A DNA stretch of 63,933 bases, counting the filler, from Octopus bimaculoides (taxonomy: Eukaryota): assembly GCF_001194135.2 (NCBI RefSeq). It is 5 parts of 5 records of this genome, joined end to end, with 100 filler letters (N's around TTAATTAATTAA, not from the genome) between each part and the next. Parts side by side here need not be neighbours in the genome. Positions count along the whole stretch, not along the records: positions 1 to 31,893 come from NC_068985.1; 4 more parts are not named here. One strand, written 5' to 3'. How positions within the stretch are numbered: the stretch's first letter is position 1; every line of letters starts with the position of its first letter. Below are positions 9,754-20,920 of the stretch, one piece after another. A program made the position numbers and the translations under genes. The notes beneath the pieces were generated by a model that made no database searches, was not told the origin of the DNA, and saw only the letters and a list, made by a program, of their open reading frames with translations.

Positions 9754-12700
9754 GTGGAAGGATTCTGACCACTATCATCCCAAGTGAATAAAAGTGGGCT
9801 GAGTCATTATTATAAAAATGAAGAACTGTGAGCGATTGGCAGTTCAAATTGGTAAGCAGTTCACTGTGAGCCGTAGATATAGAGCGTTGAGTCTCATGTA
9901 ATAGTAATAGCATTGCGTCATGTAAATACTTTCTTTTCCACTGCTTCGTTAAATTATATATCCAACATACAAGGATATAAAAGTGGCGACGAGTTGTTCG
10001 AAGCTTGCGTTGGACATTTAAATTTATTGATTTATTTTGGTATGAAACCAAAGACAAAATTGTTTTAACATGGGAGACATATTCTCCACCCCACCCCCAC
10101 TCCGTGGTGCATTTACAACAGCAACAACAACAGCAACTACAGCAGCAGTTACAGCAGCAACTACAGCAGCAACAGCAGCAACTACATCAGCAACAAGAAA
10201 GCTAACAGTTGCTGGAATTAATGTTGAAAAAGTCTGAAAATACTCCAGGCTCGTACTCCCCAGACAGCGTAGCAAACTTAATTGAAGAATTCATCTATAA
10301 TGCAGAAGAAGGGATAACTTTCTCAGCATATTTTCGAAGTTACGAAGAAATCTTCAAAGAAGAGTGTAAAAGTCTGACGAGAAAAAAAGTATGAATACTT
10401 TTAAGAAAGTTACCCCCTGCCAAACACGAAAAATGTAGTAATTACCTTCTGTCGAAGAAGCCAGGTGAGATTCGTTTCGATGAAACAATTTTGTATCGAA
10501 AATTTTCAGTGAAAGAAGTTCTCTATTCAATACTCGCCGGCAATGTTTAAAATTAGTCAAAAAAGTTGATGAAGATTTCGTCACCTATGCCAGAGTGGTT
10601 AAGAGAGGGTGTGAGAAATTCAAATTGAATAAGTTGACCCTGGACATGTTCAAGTTTTTAATTTTTGTTCAAGGGCTTACTACATGCAATGATGCAGGTA
10701 TACGTTCTTGGATATTAACAACATTAGAACAGGACCAAAATTTAACTCTACTAGCAGTAGCAGAAGAATGTCAGAGGATTATAAATCTATGACATGACGC
10801 AAATAAAATGAAAAGAAAGATTGCTCTCATATTCAAGCGTGTCGACCGGTAACAAATAATAAACAAGAGAAAAAATGTCAAGACCGAATCCATGCTATGA
10901 GTGCGGTGGTCTACATTTTAAAAATAACTGTCCATTTGAAAATATAAAATGCTTCAACTGTAGTAAAATAGGCCATAAAAGTCGCACTGTAGACGGCTCA
11001 ACAGAAGAAATCACGTAAACAAGTTATCAGTGACAAAAAATACGAACGAGCCTCAAAGGAAATTTGTGTATGTAAAAATTAATAACACAAACGTAAAGTT
11101 ACAATTGGACACAGGCAACAATATCTCGATAAAAAAACACAGATACATGGGAAAATGATTGGGTCACCTAGATTAAATGAAACTTCCAAAATTGCTCGTA
11201 GTGTTTCAAGGAAAAAGTTATATTTTAAGAGCGAATTGATAAGTGACATTACATTCCGTGAAAAAACCGTAAAACCCAAAGTTCTTGTGTTAAATAATAC
11301 GACAAATTTATTCGGATCAGGCTGGATGGAATAATTCAAGTTATGGGACCCCCATAAATCTTTTCTATCAAAATGTGAATGGGTTTTCCCTCCAACACAA
11401 AAAAGGCATCAGGCGAATTGAAAAAATATATTTCTAATATTTTAGAAATTAACATTTTAGAAATTTGAAAAATAGGTATGTGCATCAAAACGAAGGCACA
11501 GTTTCAAATGAAAGAAAATGTCATACCGACATTTAAACAAAAACGTATTGTACCGTTTGCAGCGTTAAAACAGATAAACTTAGAATTAGAAACTAAAAAA
11601 AATTGGAGTTATCCAAAAAGTGGAATATTCTTAATGGGCAGTACCAACCGTGTACGTTAAGACAAAGAATAATAAAATCAGAGTGTGTGCTGATTTTTTC
11701 ACTGATTTAAACGAATGCCTTAAAACGTACTATTATCCACTCCCTACTCCGGCGAATATTTTTGCGAAATTAAACGGTGGCAAGATATTTTTCTAAATTG
11801 GATCTCTCTGACGCGTACTTACAAATTAGAGTAGACAAAGAATGCTCTAGATACTTAGCCAATAACACACATAAAGGACTGTATAAATACAACAGGTTAT
11901 TATTTAGCTTAAAAGTCGCACCGGCGATTTTTCAACAGATTATGTATGAATGCAAAGTTAGCGGACTGTGAATTCACAATTCCATATCTGAATGATATAC
12001 AATTCCATATGTGAATGATATACTTATTAAAAATGAATCCAGGGACCAACACGTAGTGCACATAAAATATGTTTTCGAAAAAATTATGGATTACGGCTTA
12101 ACTTTAAGTGACGAAAGTGTGAATTTTTCTTACCGAAAATAAGATATTTAGGATTAATCATTAACAGAAATGGACGTCGACCAGATCCGTCAAGGGCAGA
12201 TGCAATTAAAAATATTCCCACTCCGACAAATATAGCGACTTTATAAACATTTTTAGGACTGGCAAATTATTACCAAAATTATATTCCAAATATGCTTAAG
12301 GTGAGGGTTCCACTGAATAATATGCTGAAGAAAGATATGAATTGGAATTGGTCAGAAAATTGTCAAAGGGCGTTTGACATTAGAAACATATTAACGTCTG
12401 ATTTGTCGTTAGCACATTTTGATCCAGCAGCTGAGATTGTTGTAGCTTCAGAAGCTTTTGAGTACAGTATAGAAGCAGTAATGCTACATAAATATAAAGA
12501 TGGTAACATGAAGGTAATAGTTCATGCCTTACGTTCTCTGCCATCAGCAGAAAAAATTATAGCCAAATCGAAAATGAGGCGCTAGCGATTATTTTTGCAT
12601 TGAAAAAATTTCACGGATGTTTGCACGGTAGAAGTTTTCGTGTACAGACTGATTATCGTCCGTTATTATCAATATTTGGGTCGAAAAAAGGAATTCATAC

Positions 12701-13717
12701 TCATACTGCTAATAGTTTACAACACTGAGGTACTATATTATTAAACTATGATTTCAAGATGGAGTATATACCATCCAAGAAATTAGGTCATACTGATTGC
12801 TTATCAAGATTGGTTTCAAAAAATGCGGAACCATTTGAAGATACTGTGATTGCTGCCTTGCGAGCGGAAAATGAAATTTAAAATGTTTTGTTTAACGTCA
12901 TACGTGAACTGCCAGTTACTTTACAAGACTTATAATTAAAATCGGAAAACGATAAATTCATTAAAAAACATGGAAGAAATGCTGAAGGTAAAAAGAGATA
13001 AAAATATGCGCAACACAAATGCGAACCATGTTTTAATGTGTGACATTGTTTTGATGTATGCACAAAGAGTTGTAATGCCAGCCATACTATAAAAGCGATT
13101 ATCAAAGGTATTTCCTATTGCTTACCCAGGGATTTCGAGAATGAAATCGTTAATGAGAAGTTGTGCATATTGGCCAACAATGGACGTGACATTGAAGAAC
13201 TAGTGAAAGTATCAGAGGGTGTGCTTTAGCTGCTAAAGTGCTTACCACTAAATGGCAACCGTGGCCAAAAACAGATGTTCCATGGGCCAGATTGCATGCT
13301 GATTACGCAGATCCACTTAAGGGTTCATGTTACTTTGCTGTGGTGGCCAATTTTACACGATTTGTTTGGTAGGTATGGTATTCCGGATACCATTGTGCCT
13401 GATAATGGAACTCAATTTATCTCAGACGAGTTCAGAAAATTTTGAAAAATGTTCGTTATCGAACGTGTCACCACTCCACCCTATCATCCTAGGTCAAATG
13501 GACAAGCGGAGCGTTTTGTTGACACTTTCAATAGGGCGTTGAAAAAGGCGAACAGTGAAGTGATGGACAATTTTGCATTTCAACAATTTCTAAGAGTGTT
13601 CCGAGTAACACCTAATCAGAATACGCTGTCTAGAAAGGTTAGATACTGAGTGAAAATTTAAAAACAAAAAAGCGAACAACAAAAATACTTCAAAATTCTA
13701 CAAGTTAGGTGACAAAG
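9750..13717 (+). mobile_element. Ty3/Gypsy LTR retrotransposon 2 (Mag-like), 3'-truncated, no 3' LTR
   Basis: LTR ~9750-9967 (TGTTG...CAACA); PBS TGGCGACGAG at 9984-9993; gag YSPDSVANLIEEFIYNAEEGITFSAYFRSYEEIF and FKFLIFVQGL; CCHC knuckles; protease VKLQLDTGN (~11095); RT FSKLDLSDAYLQ and YLND; RNase H; integrase ending in NGQAERFVDTF. Confidence 0.9.
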
Positions 13718-13719
13718 CG

Positions 13720-13850
13720 TAAGAAATATTAAAACTGAGCAGAAATTGTATTCCAGGTTTAGGCATATCCTTAACGCTAGAGAATTCTGGGATATTTTAG
13801 AATGGAAGAAGGCACATCTACTACTTTTTGTACATCCATATTTAGGGTCA
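13720..13850 (-). pseudogene. Fragment of CCCH-type LINE ORF1 (paralogue of 15810-15935)
   Basis: DPKYGCTKSSRCAFFHSKISQNSLALRICLNLEY versus EPKYGCIKGSSCAFFHLRLCQNALSLRTCLNLEC; ~80% nt identity by hand. Confidence 0.85.
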
Positions 13851-13904
13851 TATGTATGTATGTATGTATGTATGTATGCATGCATGCATGTATGTATGTG
13901 TAGG

Positions 13905-14097
13905 TACCTCGCTTGACCCCGCCTGAGATTTGAAACCTAATCTACCCGCTTCTGGCTTATCAAAACCAGCAGGAAATCCTCTCCACACCAGATGATTGAT
14001 GGGGAAACACTTGTCCCCCTCCCAAGGACCTGTGCTGGTTAAGGAAAGGCCAGTCCTTTGTTTAGGGTTTGACCTATATTACTGACTATAGTCTATA
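13905..14097 (+). repeat. Unclassified dispersed repeat X, copy 1
   Basis: GAGATTTGAAACC...TCTACCCGCTTCTGGCTTATCAAAAC...TTTGTTTAGGGTTTGACC...ATAGTCTATA is repeated at 20168-20360. Confidence 0.8.
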
Positions 14098-14400
14098 TAC
14101 AAACAGGAGACTCTCACAGAGACAGGATGTGTTTTTTCTTACCTCTGGCCAGTCAGCAGCCGAAGAAACAGTTCAGGCCAGGAGTCATCCTTTGGCCAGC
14201 AACAAACAGCATCTGCTTTGGCACCACCATCTGAACTAATTCCACACAACCCTACAACAGTAAGTCCCGAGTCACCATCACAACACACTAATACCATTGT
14301 AGTGAAACTACCTCCCGCCATTAGATACAAACTACTATCGCCATTCTTCTCATTTAAATATAAATAAATGCGAGCGTAGTAGAGAACCCATTCCTTGTCA

Positions 14401-14496
14401 TCACGTGACTGATTATTATTCGAATCGGCAACTTCTTCGAACCTTTCCCGCCAGAACGCAAACTGACCAATCACGGCCCCTAATAAGGTCACGTGA
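14401..14496. promoter_or_regulatory. Candidate promoter-like motif cluster
   Basis: TCACGTGAC (14401), TTTCCCGCC E2F-like (14444), GACCAATCA CCAAT box (14465) and GTCACGTGA (14488) within 100 bp. Confidence 0.3.
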
Positions 14497-15434
14497 TAGA
14501 GTAAAATTCTGAAGGCATTTGGAGCCCTCTTAACGCTATATATAGATCAACTCATACCCCACAAATNNNNNNNNNNNNNNNNNNNNNNNNNNNNNNNNNN
14601 NNNNNNNNNNNNNNNNNNNNNNNNNNNNNNNNNNNNNNNNNNNNNNNNNNNNNNNNNNNNNNNNNNNNNNNNNNNNNNNNNNNNNNNNNNNNNNNNNNNN
14701 NNNNNNNNNNNNNNNNNNNNNNNNNNNNNNNNNNNNNNNNNNNNNNNNNNNNNNNNNNNNNNNNNNNNNNNNNNNNNNNNNNNNNNNNNNNNNNNNNNNN
14801 NNNNNNNNNNNNNNNNNNNNNNNNNNNNNNNNNNNNNNNNNNNNNNNNNNNNNNNNNNNNNNNNNNNNNNNNNNNNNNNNNNNNNNNNNNNNNNNNNNNN
14901 NNNNNNNNNNNNNNNNNNNNNNNNNNNNNNNNNNNNNNNNNNNNNNNNNNNNNNNNNNNNNNNNNNNNNNNNNNNNNNNNNNNNNNNNNNNNNNNNNNNN
15001 NNNNNNNNNNNNNNNNNNNNNNNNNNNNNNNNNNNNNNNNNNNNNNNNNNNNNNNNNNNNNNNNNNNNNNNNNNNNNNNNNNNNNNNNNNNNNNNNCTGT
15101 AATAACATACACACACATGTATCACTCACATACACACTTTTCTTTGTATGACGGCCTGTCTTTGATTATGTTCTTATATGTCGCATTCACACTCTCACAC
15201 AGACATACATCTTTAACGCTACAATAAATATCTCTGTTATTCATCTTATACGGTTGTGGTCTTTCATTACTGGTCATCTATGTTATCGTCGTATAACATA
15301 TCATGTATATCATCCATGTGATATATCTATTTTGTGTTCGACCGTGTGACACGTTTAAATAAAAGGAGTCCTCTGTTTTTCCATTCGTCACCATTTCTCC
15401 TTTTTGAGTTCGCACGGTCGTCCCTTACACCATT

Positions 15435-15465
15435 ATGACAAATCAGGACCCACTTCAACAATCTG

Positions 15466-15533
<68 letters not shown>

Positions 15534-16320
15534 ACTGCTGTTGCTGCTACTACGTCCAGTGATTCTCCCTCCACGCAGCATGTAAATATAGAAGAACGCA
15601 TTCCGCTTCCAAAAACCTGTCGTTACCATTCCCAGGGTAACTGTAAATTCGGCCCCAGTGGCACTAACAACAAGGGACACTCTTTTCTCCCACCCTTCTT
15701 TATGCCGTAGACTCATTAAATGTGACTGTCCATATGGTATAACAGGAAAAGACTGCCCCTACCCTCACCCCAAATACTGTCCCAAATACTGTCCCAAATA
15801 CAGAGTCCATGGACCTGAGCCTAAATATGGATGTATAAAAGGCAGTAGCTGTGCCTTCTTCCATCTTAGACTATGCCAAAATGCTCTCTCTTTAAGGACA
15901 TGCCTAAACCTGGAATGCAGCTTCCACTTGTCTGAAAGGCACAAAACGAGTGAAAGATAAACTGCAACAGGGAAATGTAACAAAACAAAACACAACAACA
16001 AAAACCACAATCCACCTCCTGACACCAATTCCAACCAAAGAAGAAAGAACTACGACAATAATCCACCCCTTAGCACCAATACTAACCAAATAAGAAAGAA
16101 TTACAGAAAAACCGCAACATCACATGAAATAAACCGAAGAGGAAATTCTTTATTAAATTACCTGGAAAATTTGAAGGCCAACCTAAGCCTGGTGATCCAA
16201 CATCACATATCGAAAACTCTAGGAACACACACTCACCACCATCAACTAGAACATAGCTCCACTCGTACAGTCCCGAGCAAATACTACCCTCAGTACTGCC
16301 ACTGAATAACAAAACACATT
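15435..16320 (+). pseudogene. LINE ORF1 with poly-Thr/Ala tract and four CCCH zinc fingers
   Basis: MTNQDPLQQSATTT...KTCRYHSQGNCKFG; after a frameshift HPSLCRRLIKCDCPYGITGKDCPYPHPKYC...GCIKGSSCAFFHLRLCQNALSLRTCLNLECSFH. Confidence 0.7.
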
Positions 16321-16344
16321 TTCCATCTCCTATATATCTTCATG

Positions 16345-18645
16345 GTGGGATTAAATCCCGTTTCAAGCTCCTATACCTGAATACCCGAAGTTTGTGCAAC
16401 AAGGTACACCTTTTTGAATCCTATACCAAGAGTATTGACCCCGATTTCATCACAGTCACCGAAACATGGACACACTCTCTACTTTGTGATGGCTATTTTT
16501 GGCATAACTGGTTACATGTTGCGCAAAGACCGTGCTAATTGTCATGGAAGTGACGAGATGATCTACATTCGGTCAAACTTTCCAGCTATTCCTTGTGATG
16601 ATCTGAACAAATTACGACATGAGGCACTCGTTTGCGAATTACGCATAAACATGTCAACACTCATACTCGGAGTTGTCTATCGCTCACCAAATTACCACCA
16701 AGACACAGCTTTTTTAAATCCTCAGGTCCGCATCAAAGAAAACAACCACTTTTTTTTTTTCAACCACCCTGAAATTGAATAGGAAACTTTTCCTTGGCCA
16801 CAAAGCGCAGGCGATTTCCTTGATGTAGTGCTGGATGCAAACTGGTCCCAAGTAGTCACCTCCTCCACAAGAGGTAATAACACTTTGGTCCTGCTCTTTA
16901 CCACCACTCCTGAAATTGTTACCAGTGTTTCGAAGAAAGAACATCTAGGCGACTCCAATCATGCTGTGATCATTGCTAATCTGTCAGTTATAGGTAGAAA
17001 CAAGAAGCACCACTACCTTCAAACCACTCGATTTGACTGGAACATAGCAGACTGGAAATGTTACCGTAAGGAGTTACGACGCCCAAACTGGTTTGAATTT
17101 TACGATTCAGGGGAAGTCAATACTGTTTTTCAAAATATCCCCAGTGCAATCTGGGCTGCATGTAAAGCGTCAGTACCGTGCAAACGCTCTTGAAATAAAA
17201 ACTGCAATTTGGGAGACTGCAGCAGTTCGACTTGCCAGGAAAGACCTTCGTGATACTGAACAGAAATACAGACAGCATAGAACAGATGAAAACAGAAGAA
17301 GACGCAATAGATCATCCAACCATCTCAAGCAAGTGACAAAAAAGGCAGTGCTTGAGTTTGAACGACGTATAGCAACTGGCCCTGACAGCAAAGACTTCTG
17401 GAAATACGTGCGTTCGAAACAGAGACCTTACTTCCTAGTTGGCTCTCTTCACAATCCTCATACAGATCGGATCACTGATGACCCCCAAGGAATATACTGA
17501 GCTTATTGCTGAATGTTATACTGGCATTTTTACTGCTGAATGTTATACTGGCATTTTTACTGCTGAAAATCCCAATGTACCTTCTTTACCAACTCTGACA
17601 TTAAATTCCGTAACATCTGTGAAATTCACTACCGTAATTCTGCGACGCCACCTCAAGAATAAGTGCAACTATACCTTTCTTAGTTTTGATAGTATTATTT
17701 ATTTGCTTCTCAAACGTAGTCGGTTCTTTCTATTGCACCGGCTTTCTTCCTTTTTTCAATTCTGCCTTAACAAATGCATCACTCCAGAGCACTAGAAAAT
17801 TGCCAGTGTCGTTCTCTTGTTAAAAAAAGGTGATCGCACATCACCTGTCAACTACCGTCCAGCAGCTGCATCACCAAACTGATGGAGTGCTGTGACAGAG
17901 AAACACTTTGGAACTTCTGGAGCTATCACGACCTTATTCGACCCTCACAATTTGGTTTTATCCCTCACTCCAGCTGCTGTAATCAGCTCAACAAGTTTCT
18001 TGAGGACATCACCCGAGTTACTGATGGCGGCTCATGGGTGAATGCTATCTCCCTTGATTTTACTAATGCCTTCAACTCATGGTAAAACTCTCTGCAATAG
18101 GTGTGAAGAATGATCTCTATAACTGGCTGAAGTCCTTCATTCTCAGTCGGAAAGCGATAGTTACGGTTCTAGGACATCATTCTTCACCTTACGAGATCAC
18201 TTCTGGTGTACCACAGGGATCCGTTCTTGGACCTCTACTGTTTGTTGCATATATTAAGGATATATGCAACTTGAGGAATGCTACAGTGCTGAAATATGCA
18301 GATGATATCAAGCTATACATAGAAATAAACGGAACAGATCCTATGCGCTATAGATCTTTCCTGTAATCAGACCTGGATACAATGCAGCAATGGATCACTG
18401 ATTGGCAACTCAAGCTAGCTGTGGACAGTGCGTCACCATGCATTTTGGGAGGGAAATCCAGCTTTTACATACTCCCTCAGCAACACTAATCTCAAGAGGT
18501 CTTCTAGCGGAGTGATCAGGGAATTATTGTAAACAATCTGCGTTGGACAAACCACATGTCTAAGATTGTCAAGAAAGTTGAGAGGGTGCTAGCATGACTC
18601 AGTAAGGCCTTTGTCAGCTGCTATCAAGCTATCTCTTTAGAATTG
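16345..18645 (+). pseudogene. LINE ORF2 (AP endonuclease + reverse transcriptase)
   Basis: LYLNTRSL, ITVTETW, GVVYRSP, TRGNNTLVL, LGDSNH; RT: SQFGF, SLDFTNAFNS, SGVPQGSVLGPLLF, LKYADDIKLY, WQLKL. Confidence 0.9.
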
Positions 18646-18648
18646 TAT

Positions 18649-19222
18649 ACAGAGAGCATTTCCTATACTAACAGAGAGCATTTCCTATCTCATCCTCGTT
18701 TGTGTCAGCTATAACCAAGAAGCAAAATTTTCTTTCGCCCTTCGCTCGACATACGAAGAAACCTTTCGGCCGCAAGAAAGACGATGCCACCTTTATTTTT
18801 TCTTCCTTTCTTGTCAGCACCGTACATTCCTTATTCTTTCACTCTCGACTGACAGGCAGCAACTTCTACACTATCAACTACTAACCAGTGAGCCAACTTT
18901 TTGTTACTGTCACTATAATTACTACTACCTCTCTAACTACCTATCGGGTAAACGAATAAATTTATGTAAATAATATTTCTTCCTTATTGGTGTTGATTCT
19001 TCGATGCTCACTGGTTACTCCGACACGAGAACCCTTAAGCGTCACATCTACGCGCTACATTTGGTCGTGAGCTATATAATATCGATCTGATATGGCATGT
19101 CATTTCAGCGGCTACGTTGGTGATCTCGACGTGATTTTACATGTTCTGTATCCGTTACATCGTACATCATTTCACTGCATCGCACGTCCACGTGAAAACA
19201 ATTACGGCCTTCACCAACCGCC
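18649..19222 (+). repeat. Dispersed repeat Y, copy 1 (probable non-autonomous DNA element end)
   Basis: ~560 bp direct repeat of 20360-20918. Starts ACAGAGAGCATTTCCTAT (duplicated at 18649 and 18671). Shares reverse-complement segments with the TIR elements at 29-31 kb. Confidence 0.85.
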
Positions 19223-20167
19223 CACTAGAATTGGTGACCCCGAGCTAAAAGTTCTACAGTCTTCGCTCCAACGGCCGTTGGCTCGTATGTTTCCTGACAT
19301 TCTAATACACGATTGCCTCTACTTCTAAGTTCATTGCATTTGGAAAATGAAGACAATTTTTTGTCCTGCGGTTAAATTTTTTATTCCGTCGCAACATTCT
19401 GGTGACCCGAGCTCAAGAATTACAGCCTTCACATCATGCTCATCACGTTGAAGACAAGAATAACAACTTTCACTATACACAGTTTCCGTTTTGACAGTCG
19501 CACAATACGAAGGAAAAGAACTCGTCGATACAATGGATACCCACCATGCACAAACTTGATCTGCCACAGAATGCACTCCACTACGTTGCACAGAGCCACG
19601 AAAGAATCATCAACAATTGATAAACGCAACATTTCGACAGCAATCCGACCCCAAATTACCAAGTTGAAAATATGAAAGCCCCCCACATGCAACGTTCTCC
19701 ACAACAAGACTTTTCGAACACAGTTCTGTATTTAACCTACATGCTGATATCACGGATTGAGAATGCATACACTCACTCGCCTCAACTTATTCCACAGCTG
19801 CAGGACTTTCTCTCGCACTCATGTATACACCCTTGCACTCACTGCCTCAGTCACACAACGACTGGTACATTCAGCACTCATGCGTACGCTCATTCACTCT
19901 GCTTCAATCGCGCACCGACTGGCATATCCTGCATTCTGCGCACGCAAAGTGACACCGCTGTTCGGACTCACACGAATAGATACCTGTCCCGTATATATTC
20001 TCAGGATTCTCTCTCCTGATATGCACAAATTTTCTCAGCCTTTCACAATTGAACGTTATTTTCACCTTGTCCCTAAAATTCATTTTTGTATAAATGCACT
20101 CCTTTCCCTAGATCCTTCGTTTCTTTTTTTTTTTTTTTGAACCTCTGTAGCAGGGGAGTAGTGTATG

Positions 20168-20360
20168 GACCTCATTTGGCCCTGCTTGAGATTTGAAACC
20201 AAATCTACCCGCTTCTGGCTTATCAAAACAAACAGAAATCCTATCCACACCAAATGATTGATGGGGAAACACTTGACCACCCCCACAAGGGCCTATGCTG
20301 GTCAAGAGGAGGTCAATTCTTTGTTTAGGGTTTGACCCACATTACTGACCATAGTCTATA
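20168..20360 (+). repeat. Dispersed repeat X, copy 2
   Basis: Matches 13905-14097; interrupted by repeat Y at TATA. Confidence 0.8.
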
Positions 20361-20918
20361 TAACAGAGAGCATTTCCTATCTCATCCTCGTTTGTGTCAG
20401 CTATGACCAAGTAGTAATATTTCCCTTCGCCTGTCGCTCGACATACGAAGAGAAGCTTTCGGTCCCAAAAAGACGATGACATCCTTTATCCTTTCTTCCT
20501 TTCTAGTCAACACCGTGCATTCCTTACTATTGTACTCTCTACTGACAGGCAGCAACTTCTACACTATCAACTACGAACCAGCGAGACAACCTTTTTGTCA
20601 CTATCACTACAATTACTACTGTCTCTCTAACTACCTGTCGGGCAAACGAATAAATATATGCAAATAATATTTCTTCTTTCTTGCTGTTGATTCTTCGATG
20701 CTCACTGGTTATTCCGACGCGAGAACGTTTAAGCGTCACATATACACGTTACCTTTGATCGTGGGCTATCTCATTTCGACCTGATACGGCATGTCACTAC
20801 AGCCGCTGCAATTGGTGACTCCGACGTGATTCCACATGTTCTATATCCGTTACATCGCACATCATTTCGCTGCATTGCACGAACTCGTGAAAACAATTAC
20901 GGCCTTCTCCAATCGCCT
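20360..20918 (+). repeat. Dispersed repeat Y, copy 2
   Basis: Colinear with 18669-19222. Confidence 0.85.
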
Positions 20919-20920
20919 AA

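Larger units (their letters stand above)
15130..18645 (+). mobile_element. CR1-group (APE-type) LINE, 3'-truncated, decayed
   Basis: Two ORFs: a CCCH-finger ORF1, then APE-RT ORF2 (see sub-features). Confidence 0.85.

Noticed and set aside
10005-10205. Poly-Gln ORF as a host protein
   Set aside because: The Gln tract is the N-terminus of the Gypsy gag; element 1 has the equivalent QQQKQ...QQLQEQQ.
4297-13717. Endogenous retrovirus with env
   Set aside because: No third ORF after integrase in element 1; element 2 is truncated at that point.
19222-20100. Possible transposase inside the repeat Y interval
   Set aside because: No DDE, zinc-finger or other recognisable motif in the short ORFs on either strand.
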